Assembly: GCA_046497275.1 (NCBI GenBank)
Contig: JAWOFX010000032.1
Span: forward strand, 5,569 to 37,568
Origin: Promethearchaeia archaeon
GTDB lineage: Archaea > Asgardarchaeota > Lokiarchaeia > Sigyniarchaeales > SOKP01
Direction of reading: 5' to 3'
DNA length: 32,000 nt
In this document: positions 19,921 through 29,190 of the stretch, piece after piece
Numbering within the stretch: position 1 is the first letter of the stretch
Layout: the number at the start of each line of letters is the position of its first letter
Made by a program: the position numbers and the translations under genes
The notes under the pieces: generated by a model
What the model was told of the DNA's origin: nothing
Databases searched by the model: none
The model's input: only the letters and a program-made list of their open reading frames with translations

Positions 19921-21096
19921 ATGTTGGAGTTGTCAAGAATTTCTAATTTATTTTCAAAAGAAAGTACAATTAAATGTCAGAAGTGTGGCTATAAAATAAG
20001 TAGACCTTATCCAAAAGATAACCTTTGTCCTAAGTGTGGTGCATTTGTCCCAGCAATATTTCAGATTAATGAATTAGAAAAAGGACCGGAGCTTAAACCA
20101 AAAGAATTTGAAACTAAAACCTCGTCTCTTTCTACTAAATTAAAAGGAAAGGTAAAGGTAAAGAAATCTAATATAAAGCATAATTTAGAAGGAAAAAAGA
20201 TTGAGCTAAAAAAAGGCGAATTTGTTAAACTTTTTGGTATCACATCTGTTGAACGAACCCCTTTATTTTGTAGTAATGATGATTACTTTTATCTTCTTGA
20301 ATTGACTAATAATTTAGACTTTATTGCTACTGGCATTTTAGGAGGTGAATTGGATAAGATGTTGCTTATCCCAGAAGCCTTAGAGGGAAAGGAAAAATGT
20401 CAATTTTTTACAAAAGATGATCTTATCTTTCTTGTGTATGGAATGTTTCCAGATAAAAAGGGAAAATGGCTCTTAGAACAAATGGCAAAATATTATATCG
20501 AATTAATTGAAGAAAATGACGTTAATAGTTTGGATAAGTTTGATAAGTATCAAATAAACATGAAATTTGATACTATATTAAAATTTATCCTTGGAGAATA
20601 TCTAAAGCTTCAAGATGTCTTTTCTGATCAAGATATACCTTATGTGGAAGATAAACTCAGAATAGATTATATTGGATTATCATCTCAATCTATCGGAATC
20701 ATTTCTTCACTCTTAGATGATTCATTAAATATAGATTTTCCGGGAGAATTTGAAGACCCGGAAGAATTGAGAGAAATGCAAGAGTCGATGATTACCGCTA
20801 GAATCGAAGCTATTGCTGCAAACACTTTAGGTAATACAGGATCGGTTCCACGATGGATTGCTGTAAAATTAGGATATCAAAATTATCGTTTTCTAACATT
20901 TAAAGAATATGATAATGATTATTTTCTATATATGCTCTCTGAAGGAAATTTAGAAAAGATTGATCTCGTTGAGAAAAAAATAGAGCCTTATTTGAAAGAA
21001 GTAACTAAAAATCCATTTTCTGGAAATTTAAGACCCTTTAATGAGTTAAAATCAAAATTACAAGGCTTTTTTGAAAAAAGTAATGAATTTTCTTAA
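19921..21096 (+). CDS. Hypothetical protein: N-terminal Zn ribbon plus two predicted longin-like domains
   Basis: CQKC...CPKC Zn ribbon, then two segments with an apparent beta-beta-alpha-beta-beta-beta-alpha-alpha pattern (fold judged by eye). Confidence 0.5.
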   Translation: MLELSRISNLFSKESTIKCQKCGYKISRPYPKDNLCPKCGAFVPAIFQINELEKGPELKPKEFETKTSSLSTKLKGKVKVKKSNIKHNLEGKKIELKKGEFVKLFGITSVERTPLFCSNDDYFYLLELTNNLDFIATGILGGELDKMLLIPEALEGKEKCQFFTKDDLIFLVYGMFPDKKGKWLLEQMAKYYIELIEENDVNSLDKFDKYQINMKFDTILKFILGEYLKLQDVFSDQDIPYVEDKLRIDYIGLSSQSIGIISSLLDDSLNIDFPGEFEDPEELREMQESMITARIEAIAANTLGNTGSVPRWIAVKLGYQNYRFLTFKEYDNDYFLYMLSEGNLEKIDLVEKKIEPYLKEVTKNPFSGNLRPFNELKSKLQGFFEKSNEFS

Positions 21097-21223
21097 AAAA
21101 ATTATAGAAAATTATCTGTTTATTTCTTTTCCTTCTTATTCATATTTATAAAATCTATAACCAAATTATAAATACTATATAATTTTAATTTCATAATAAC
21201 ATCTAAATGAATATGGGATAAAT

Positions 21224-23701
21224 ATGCTTAAGATTTCTCAAGATAATGAAGACTTAATAGATTTAAAAAATCGAAATCTCCATTTTGAATATTTTAAAAC
21301 GGGCGAAAAAAAGGGAAGATTTAATATAAAATTTCAAGATTTTGATGGGACATTATGTTGTTTAAAAAATTGTTATTGTTCAATCAACTATTTTAAAAAT
21401 GGAACCAATATATTGGAAGAATATCCTTCATATCTCTTTAATTTTGTATCAACAATAGAAGATATTCATGATAAAAATGGTGAAGGCCTAAATATTACCT
21501 TTTCAAGAAAATTTCCAGAGGAAAACAAATTCGATTTTAAACTTCTTGTAAAAATTTATGATGAAAATGATTTTATACTTTTAACATTAATCGATTTAAA
21601 GGATCTAAGTGAGAATTCTCATAAGATACACAGCATATCTCCTCTTACAATCAAAAATGAAAAATTGTGGTTAACTGGAAATAATTCACCAACGAATCTA
21701 AGAAATATTACTTGGTTTAAGAATGGTTGGCAGAGTTGGAGTCCTTGTAAGTTATTTTTTGGAGAGGAAAAAGATAGAAAAGGACCCCCTCTAAAAGTAT
21801 TTAAGCGAACATTAGATAACCAAGATTATGAAATTGAAGGTAGATTTTATAGTGAATATAATACTGTCATAACAGAAAAGGATTCAAATAATTCCCTTCT
21901 TTTGGGTTTTACTACTTTAAATAACCAGTTTTCACGAGTTATTCTTGATTATAAAAACTATAATAATTTAAAACTTTTGACGGCATTCAGTTGTATGGAT
22001 GGTGTAAATTTTCACGACTCTACAATTGATTCGTCTGAAGAACTTTTTTTAACCATTAAAACAAAAAATTTAGCCTATTATGGATTAATTGATTATGCAA
22101 AAATCGTTAAAAACCATATTCAAGAAGAGAGAATTAATGAGATTCCCATAGGTTGGTGTAGTTGGTATTATTATTTTACTGATATATCCGAAGAGGAAAT
22201 GATTAAGAATTTTGAAATCTTTAAAAAAAATAAGGATACATTTCCGATTGATTTTATACAATTAGATGATGGTTATTTCACGAAAATAGGAGATTATAAG
22301 GAAATTAATGACAAATTTCCTCATGGTCTTTCTTGGTTATTTAAAAAATTAAAGCGTGCGGGATTTAAAGGCGGACTTTGGACAGCGCCTTTTCTTGCCG
22401 AGAAAGATTCTAACTTGCTTCAAACTCATAAAGATTGGTTCTTAACCAAAAAAGGCAAAGATAAACTGCTAAAAATTCACTTTAATTGGGGAAAATTTGA
22501 ATATGGTCTAGACCTCTCAAAAAAAGAAGTTCTAGATTATTTAAAAGAAGATTTTAAAAATTTTCTCTATGCTCTTGAAGATCCAAGTAAAACTGATGAT
22601 TCGATCGTAGATTATTTTAAAATTGATTTTTTGCATGCTGCTACTCCTTACGATGCGGATTATAAAGATAAATCTTTAACACGTGCTCAGCGGTATTACA
22701 ATGGTATAAAAGCTATACGAGATGGAATAACTAATGATTCATATTTGCTTGGATGCGGAGCTCCATTAGGTCCTTGTGTTGGATTAGTAGATGCGATGAG
22801 AATAGGAACTGATACCGCTCCGAAATGGAAAAATTTGGATTGGATTGGTGATAAACTTGGATTTAGTCTATCGAGTTTAAAGCGTGCCCTAATAAATGTT
22901 CTTTATCGTTCCTATATGCATACATATTTCTGGATTAATGATCCGGATTGTTTAATGATAAGAAGGAACGATACAGATTTAAATTTAAATGAAATCCAAC
23001 TACAATTAACCTTGTTTGGCTTATCTGGTGGACAAATACTTATTTCTGATGATATGACAAAACTATCAGAGGAGGAAATAAAGAATGCGAAATTAGTTTT
23101 ACCTCCATATAATTCTGAATTGACAGATCCAATTTTAACAGATGCATTTATTTCAAAACTTCCGACAATTTATTTTTTAGAATCTCAAGAATATTTTGGA
23201 AAACGATATCTCTCTGCAATCATTAATTGGGAAGATAATATGATAATTAAATCTATTTCTGTTTCTAAGATCATTCCTAATTTGTTAAAGGATGAGAAAT
23301 CATTTTTTATATTTGATTTTTGGAATCAACAATTTCTTGGCGAGGTTAAGAGAAATCAAAAAATAGATCTGGAAATTCCATCACATCATTGTGCCTATCT
23401 CTCTATTATATATACGAATGAATTAATTAAGGAAGAACCGATCTTGATATCATCGAATCTCCATATTTCACAAGGATGTTATGAAATTACTGATTTTGAT
23501 TATGAAGAAGAAGAGGATATGATTACAATAATTATAGATTTAATTGGTGAAAGAGAAGGAGATGTATTTATAAGATTACCTCCAGAAAAAGTTATTTCGG
23601 GATGTGAATGTCCTTTTTCACTTTTTGATAAAATAAATAATATTTGGAAGGTCAGAGTCAGTTTTATCGACAATACGTCTTTAAAAATCTCCCTTTCTTA
23701 A
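21224..23701 (+). CDS. Alpha-galactosidase, glycoside hydrolase family 36 (clan D)
   Basis: GWQSWS, GWCSWYYYF, IQLDDGY, GLWTAPF, nucleophile motif YFKIDFL, GCGAPL, DAMRIGTD, WINDPDCL. Confidence 0.9.
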   Translation: MLKISQDNEDLIDLKNRNLHFEYFKTGEKKGRFNIKFQDFDGTLCCLKNCYCSINYFKNGTNILEEYPSYLFNFVSTIEDIHDKNGEGLNITFSRKFPEENKFDFKLLVKIYDENDFILLTLIDLKDLSENSHKIHSISPLTIKNEKLWLTGNNSPTNLRNITWFKNGWQSWSPCKLFFGEEKDRKGPPLKVFKRTLDNQDYEIEGRFYSEYNTVITEKDSNNSLLLGFTTLNNQFSRVILDYKNYNNLKLLTAFSCMDGVNFHDSTIDSSEELFLTIKTKNLAYYGLIDYAKIVKNHIQEERINEIPIGWCSWYYYFTDISEEEMIKNFEIFKKNKDTFPIDFIQLDDGYFTKIGDYKEINDKFPHGLSWLFKKLKRAGFKGGLWTAPFLAEKDSNLLQTHKDWFLTKKGKDKLLKIHFNWGKFEYGLDLSKKEVLDYLKEDFKNFLYALEDPSKTDDSIVDYFKIDFLHAATPYDADYKDKSLTRAQRYYNGIKAIRDGITNDSYLLGCGAPLGPCVGLVDAMRIGTDTAPKWKNLDWIGDKLGFSLSSLKRALINVLYRSYMHTYFWINDPDCLMIRRNDTDLNLNEIQLQLTLFGLSGGQILISDDMTKLSEEEIKNAKLVLPPYNSELTDPILTDAFISKLPTIYFLESQEYFGKRYLSAIINWEDNMIIKSISVSKIIPNLLKDEKSFFIFDFWNQQFLGEVKRNQKIDLEIPSHHCAYLSIIYTNELIKEEPILISSNLHISQGCYEITDFDYEEEEDMITIIIDLIGEREGDVFIRLPPEKVISGCECPFSLFDKINNIWKVRVSFIDNTSLKISLS

Positions 23702-23756
23702 ATAATAAAACAAGTTATAATCTTTTTTTGCAGTTCTTATTTATTAATATTATATT

Positions 23757-25241
23757 ATGACTCATTTTTTAGAAGATTTTTTAACACCTAAGAGCGTTGC
23801 AATTTACGGAGCTAATAATAAAGGAGCTGGAATTGGATCAATTCAACTTATGGGTTTAATCATTTCTGGTTTTAAAGGAAATATTTATCCAATCCATTTG
23901 AAGTTGGAATCTGTGATGGGTTTTAAAGCTTATAAAACCATTTCAGATGTTCCTGAGACGCCAGATCTTGTTATTGTAATTTTACCTCCAAAAATAGTTC
24001 CTCAAATTTTTCAAGAATGTGGGGAGAAAGGTGTAAAGCGAATTGTCTTAATTTCAGGAGGTTTTCGGGAGTTAACAGGAGATCGGAAAAATACTCTCCG
24101 GGAAGAGATCCAGAAAATTGCGGAAAAATTTGGAATTCGATTTATAGGGCCTAATTGTTTGGGTATTTATAATAGCTGGATCTATCCAGAAGATGAAACC
24201 AGCGCTTTGAATACGGCAATTTGGGAGAAACAGCAAAGAGGTTATTTTTCAATTGCAAGCCAAAGCGGAACCTTAGCATCTCATATATTTTTTGATCCTG
24301 ATAATCTTGATTTAGGAATCAGTAGATCTCTTTCATTAGGAAATGAAGCGGATATTGATATCGTTGATTGTTTGGAATATTATAAAGAAGATGATAAGAC
24401 AAAAGTAATCGGTCTCTATATTGAGGAACTAAAAAGGGCAAAAGATTTTTTAAGATTAGCAAAAGAAATTACTCCTAGTAAACCAATAATTGCCATCTAT
24501 GTTGGAGGTTCACAAGCAGCTCAGAGAGCTGTGAAAAGTCACACTGGATCATTAGCGGGTAATGCAAAGATTTACGACGCAGCTTTTAAAGAGGCAGGAG
24601 TTATTAAAACGGAGTTGGTGTTAGAATTTTTGGATTTAGCAAGGGTATTAACTACGGAAATCTATCCAAAAGGTAATCGACTTGGAATAATAACAAATTC
24701 AGGAGGACCAGGCGTTATGATTGCAAATCATGCTGAAAAACAAGGAATAGTAGTCCCGAAATTTTCTGAAGAATTACAAAATCAGTTAAAAGAATATGTG
24801 ATCCCTACTGCAAGTTTAAAAAATCCTATTGATACAACCTTCGATATGAATTTTCAGAATTATTATATAAACATACCCAAAACTCTTATGCAATCAGGGG
24901 AAATAGATGCTATAATGATGTATGGAGTATTTGGATTTCAAGATGTGCTTAAAAACTTATTAAAACATGAGAGAGTAGCAAAATATGAAAACTTCCCTGA
25001 TCAAGTTAAAAAAGATCTCCCCTTAGAGAAGATGCTAGTCTCACCCCTCCTAAAATTATCAAAAAAATACTCAATTCCCGTTTTCTTGATAAATCCGCAA
25101 AATTATAATTCTCCTTGGTCTAAAAAAATAAGAAGTACAGGAGCAATACTCTTTCAATATTGGGATCGCCCAGTAAGATGTATGGCGAAATTGTGTGACT
25201 ATTCTCAATACAAAAAGAAATTATCTGAAAAAATCAAATAA
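23757..25241 (+). CDS. acdA: Acetate/acyl-CoA ligase (ADP-forming) alpha subunit
   Basis: CoA-binding N-terminus (PKSVAIYGA, PDLVIVILP), GPNCLG, SQSG, LGNEADID, phospho-His motif SHTGSLAG, TNSGGPG, NPID. Confidence 0.92.
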   Translation: MTHFLEDFLTPKSVAIYGANNKGAGIGSIQLMGLIISGFKGNIYPIHLKLESVMGFKAYKTISDVPETPDLVIVILPPKIVPQIFQECGEKGVKRIVLISGGFRELTGDRKNTLREEIQKIAEKFGIRFIGPNCLGIYNSWIYPEDETSALNTAIWEKQQRGYFSIASQSGTLASHIFFDPDNLDLGISRSLSLGNEADIDIVDCLEYYKEDDKTKVIGLYIEELKRAKDFLRLAKEITPSKPIIAIYVGGSQAAQRAVKSHTGSLAGNAKIYDAAFKEAGVIKTELVLEFLDLARVLTTEIYPKGNRLGIITNSGGPGVMIANHAEKQGIVVPKFSEELQNQLKEYVIPTASLKNPIDTTFDMNFQNYYINIPKTLMQSGEIDAIMMYGVFGFQDVLKNLLKHERVAKYENFPDQVKKDLPLEKMLVSPLLKLSKKYSIPVFLINPQNYNSPWSKKIRSTGAILFQYWDRPVRCMAKLCDYSQYKKKLSEKIK

Positions 25242-25249
25242 AGGAATTT

Positions 25250-25675
25250 TTATTCTAAATTCTTTATTTCCATTTCATCTTTTAATTCTGTTCTGCCTTT
25301 TATGAGAGCATGACTGATATCTAAATTCTTAAAGGTCAATTTACTATCTTCTGCGACGATACAATAATCAAGTTTAAAGATATCTCCCAGCTTTACATTA
25401 TCAAATATAATGGAATTGGAAATCTCATCATAATCTCCGATCTCACAATTATCACCAATATAGACATTGGGTCCAAGCAAAACATCATCCCCGATAATCA
25501 CATTCTTTCCTAAAACTACAGGTTCGATGAATGTAGGATAATCACCAATATATTCTTCTATATTGTTTTTTATAATATTTCTACTGAGAAAATCTATCAA
25601 TAAATCGGAACTTATTGCCTCTTGATTTTTTATTTTTTTTTTTATATTTTTTAAATCATTTTCCATTTTAATCAC
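25250..25675 (-). CDS. Stand-alone left-handed beta-helix (hexapeptide repeat) protein
   Basis: PVVLGKNVIIGDDVLLGPNVYIGDNCEIGDYDEISNSIIFDNVKLG resembles the C-terminal LbH of NDP-sugar pyrophosphorylases; no transferase domain is present. Confidence 0.8.
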   Translation of the reverse strand: MIKMENDLKNIKKKIKNQEAISSDLLIDFLSRNIIKNNIEEYIGDYPTFIEPVVLGKNVIIGDDVLLGPNVYIGDNCEIGDYDEISNSIIFDNVKLGDIFKLDYCIVAEDSKLTFKNLDISHALIKGRTELKDEMEIKNLE

Positions 25676-25722
25676 AAATAATATCGAATTTATATAAAAA
25701 GAATTTCATTCAATTAAAAAAC

Positions 25723-26439
25723 TTAAGATTCTAATGCTTCCAATAATTCATCCACTCCTTCATCAGTTCGAGCGCTTGTTAAGATTATTTTAGCATTAGG
25801 ATTAATATTTTTGGCATCTTCAACCATCTTTTCCACATCGGTTTCAAGCCGTTCAGCTAGATCGATTTTATTAATAACTGCGATATCTGACATTTTAAAT
25901 AAAAGCGGATGTTTCTCCACGACCCACTCCCCTTCAGTAACTGAAACAACTGTTATCCTTTTATCCATTCCAAGTATAAATTCTGAGGGGCAGATTAAAT
26001 TTCCAACATTTTCCACAAATATAATATCATAATCCGAGATTTTAATATTTTTCAAGACTTTGTCAATATGATATGCATTTAAAGCACATTCTCTCCCTGT
26101 GTTTATTTGAATCGCTTTAACATAATCCTTTTGAACACGATCAGCATCAACTCGAGTAGCAACATCTCCACAAACTACTAAAATCCTTTTTTCGGGTCCC
26201 ATTTTCTCACTTATCCTCTCTATCAATGCTGTCTTTCCCGCACCAATCGCTCCTACAAAATCATAAGACTTAATATTGTTTTTTTTGAGATTTTGATTGA
26301 TTTTTACTGCGATCAAATCATTATTTTTTTCCACTTTTTTCTGAGTCTCAACAACAAATTCTCTATCCTCTTTTTTTGCTAATTTTCTGCTTTCAAGCTC
26401 CATTACCCTATCAAACTTTTCTTCCTCTTTTTTACTCAT
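25723..26439 (-). CDS. hypB: Hydrogenase nickel incorporation GTPase HypB
   Basis: GAIGAGKT P-loop, GDVATRVDA, INTGRECAL, ENVGNLICP, SVTEG, EKHP, NKIDL, TSA. Confidence 0.95.
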   Translation of the reverse strand: MSKKEEEKFDRVMELESRKLAKKEDREFVVETQKKVEKNNDLIAVKINQNLKKNNIKSYDFVGAIGAGKTALIERISEKMGPEKRILVVCGDVATRVDADRVQKDYVKAIQINTGRECALNAYHIDKVLKNIKISDYDIIFVENVGNLICPSEFILGMDKRITVVSVTEGEWVVEKHPLLFKMSDIAVINKIDLAERLETDVEKMVEDAKNINPNAKIILTSARTDEGVDELLEALES

Positions 26440-26636
26440 AATATTTCCCGGTCTTTTAATGCATATAAATTATAGTTTTAATAATATGATTAGAAATTAA
26501 AAATTATTCTCTATTAAATAATGAATTTTTGGAAAAAATTAAAATATTTAATCTAATTTAGATTTTTAAATTTTAAAAGAAGTCTTTTTTCTAAAGAATT
26601 AGAGATAATAAAAATATAATACCTTGAAAATTTGAT

Positions 26637-27599
26637 TTGATGGAAAGTAGTGATATTGATCTAATAATTGAGAAATATAAGAATGAAGAATTGGATTACA
26701 CTCATTTAATTAATCTTTTAATTTCCTTAATCCAAACTAGCGATGATAGAAATATTAGATCTCAAAGTATTAATTTATTAAAAGAGTTTGATGCTTTTAA
26801 TATGAATTTATTTAAATTCATCGAAAATCTAATAATTTCTGAAGCAGATTGCTTTATTAAGAGAAAAGCAATAAATATACTTGGTAAATATTATAAAAAA
26901 TTTGCTTTAAAACCTTTAAAATGGGCCATAAAATATGAAAGGGATTATGATTGTTTAATTTCTCTAATTAAAGCATTAATTAAAATTGAAGACCGAGAAA
27001 TCAAAGAATTCTTGATTTTAGAGCTAAGAGAAAAAATAAATCAAAATAAAGAAGAGATAAATAACATTGGAATACAAAAATATAATTATGCAATTCAGCA
27101 GCTTTACCAAAAAGAAATTATTAGAAATTTCAATCCCATTCAAATTGCTAATATACTAATTAGCTATATTACAATTTCTGAATTAATAAAAAGATTCTAT
27201 TCTGTATATTATGAACTTGACCAAAAAACTTGTTTACCAATTAAACTAGATTTATCAGATATAGAATTCGAAGTTAGAGGATGGAAATCAGAATTCAAGA
27301 ATGAAATTAGAAAAATTTCTGATATTACTGGTTTGAATAATCTACAAAGCCTTGAATTTTTAGATTTATCGAATAACTTAATTCAAGACATTCAAAAATT
27401 ATCAAAATTAAAAAATCTGAAGTATTTATTCCTTTCTAATAATAAAATTAAAAATATTGAGAATATTACATTCTTGAAAAAGATAAAAAGTTTACAATAT
27501 TTGGACATTTCTGGTAATAATATCGCTCAATCTATAAATAATAAGCAAATAAATAATAAAGTTGAGATAAAAGTTCATAATCTAAATTATTTTAGATAA
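26637..27599 (+). CDS. HEAT-like N-terminal domain plus short LRR protein (paralog 4)
   Basis: Same N-terminal family motif (ENLIISE...KPLKWAIKYERDYDCL) but only about 3-4 LRRs of the SDS22-like pattern (LDLSNNLIQDIQKLSKLKNLKYLFLSNNKIKNI). Confidence 0.85.
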   Translation: MMESSDIDLIIEKYKNEELDYTHLINLLISLIQTSDDRNIRSQSINLLKEFDAFNMNLFKFIENLIISEADCFIKRKAINILGKYYKKFALKPLKWAIKYERDYDCLISLIKALIKIEDREIKEFLILELREKINQNKEEINNIGIQKYNYAIQQLYQKEIIRNFNPIQIANILISYITISELIKRFYSVYYELDQKTCLPIKLDLSDIEFEVRGWKSEFKNEIRKISDITGLNNLQSLEFLDLSNNLIQDIQKLSKLKNLKYLFLSNNKIKNIENITFLKKIKSLQYLDISGNNIAQSINNKQINNKVEIKVHNLNYFR

Positions 27600-27642
27600 A
27601 CATAAAATTAAGAAAAAATAGGAAATTATATTTTTATAAAAT

Positions 27643-29007
27643 TTAGACTGAGCTAAATTCCGTTTTCTTCGTTCCGAAGAGTCCTAAAGAAACACCAAGC
27701 TCGTGAGCATTTTTTTCTTTTGCATATTCTTTTACTGATATTCCTTGCATTGCAGCATCGATTGCTTGTCGGAAAGCTTTTGCCCCCGCGATAGGTCCTT
27801 CGGGATGGGCATGAATACCTCCACCGCTACCAATCATTATATTAGGACCAAGATCATTCATTATCTTCTCGACTAATGCGGGTGTTATTCCTCCACTAGG
27901 CATTGGCATTGTTCTTTTGATATGTGGTGCATTACGCATAGGCATAACGAGATTTCTCGCCACCTCTTTAAATTTATCTGCCATAGTAGGTGCTTTTCCA
28001 TATGGTGCTGGTTGAACAATAGTATCACATCCAGCTAATCTGCTAAATTTACCCAATATTATAGGACTACTAACTCCTCCCCATGGATCTTGATAGAGAG
28101 TTCCAGCAAAATCCATATGTCCTAAAATAGGCACCTTTACTGAAGGATCCTCAGCAAGTTTTCTCATGGCAGAATACCCTACTGAAATATGATTGACCAT
28201 TAATGCATTTGCGCCGTTTTCTTGTGCGATATCAGCTAATTCAAACATTCTATCTACTCTATCAGTAATATTTACAGTATATAATGTTTTCTCTCCCTTT
28301 TCTTCATCAGCACGGTCAAGGGCTTCCATAAATTGCGTAACTCGTTCATCTAAAGGATTAAAACCTACATCTGCGATTAATTCATCGTCTTTAATAACAT
28401 CACATCCCCCTACAGCGGCTTTATATGCTAATTCAGCAGCGGGAGTTTCACTTAGTGTATAAACACAAGGCTTAATCATATTATTAAGTAAAGGTCTTTC
28501 TGGAACACCTAATATTTTCCTAATTCCTTCATCGCCGAATTTTGGACCTTTAAACTCTTTTAAGAATTCTCTTGGGAATCTTACATCCACCATTTTAAGA
28601 GGACCTCCCATAGAAATATTTCCAAAAATAGTTGTAAACAACATTGGGAATTGAGGTTTAAAATTTAAAGGATAAGCAACTTGTACTACCCAATCTCTAT
28701 ACTTCGGATTATCAAAAAAATCTTCTACACCTTCATATTCATAATCTGGTACTGACCAGAGCCCAATTACTTTCGCAACATGCTTTCGTCTAGTTTCTGG
28801 TGTCTCAGCTGGAACTGCTACGAATGTTCCTGTTGATTGTTCAATACATAGTGATTGTGTCATGTAAAATGCGTCCATTTTTCGATGAAGCTTTGCGATA
28901 TAAGTCGCAATAATATGGGTCTCATAGTCGATATCTTCAGGAAGTGCATTAGGTTTACTTAAATTATCTAAGTCAAATTTGTCAAACTGATCTGGTAATT
29001 TAGACAT
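27643..29007 (-). CDS. RuBisCO-like protein (form IV)
   Basis: EQSTGT, GPKFG, IKDDE (carbamylated Lys motif), SGG and GGGIHAHP are present. It has MIKPCVY and GHMDFAG where carboxylating RuBisCO has IKPKLG and H-R-A-x-H. Confidence 0.88.
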   Translation of the reverse strand: MSKLPDQFDKFDLDNLSKPNALPEDIDYETHIIATYIAKLHRKMDAFYMTQSLCIEQSTGTFVAVPAETPETRRKHVAKVIGLWSVPDYEYEGVEDFFDNPKYRDWVVQVAYPLNFKPQFPMLFTTIFGNISMGGPLKMVDVRFPREFLKEFKGPKFGDEGIRKILGVPERPLLNNMIKPCVYTLSETPAAELAYKAAVGGCDVIKDDELIADVGFNPLDERVTQFMEALDRADEEKGEKTLYTVNITDRVDRMFELADIAQENGANALMVNHISVGYSAMRKLAEDPSVKVPILGHMDFAGTLYQDPWGGVSSPIILGKFSRLAGCDTIVQPAPYGKAPTMADKFKEVARNLVMPMRNAPHIKRTMPMPSGGITPALVEKIMNDLGPNIMIGSGGGIHAHPEGPIAGAKAFRQAIDAAMQGISVKEYAKEKNAHELGVSLGLFGTKKTEFSSV

Positions 29008-29190
29008 TTTTTATATGTTTGTTGTTTTATTTTTATGAATTAAAATACGTTAATGATATTTAATGTACTTGAGTTTTTAAATTTTTTTAGTAATTTTGTA
29101 TAAATATTTTTACAAAAAGAGTAAACTTAAATTAGATCGTCTAATAATAGAATATAATAGTATCTCAAAAAAAAAGATAAAATTTTAACA

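Noticed and set aside
6041-29007. AMP phosphorylase plus RuBisCO as a clustered AMP-salvage (form III) pathway
   Set aside because: The genes are 20 kb apart, no ribose-1,5-bisphosphate isomerase is in the window, and the RuBisCO homolog has form IV rather than form III motifs.
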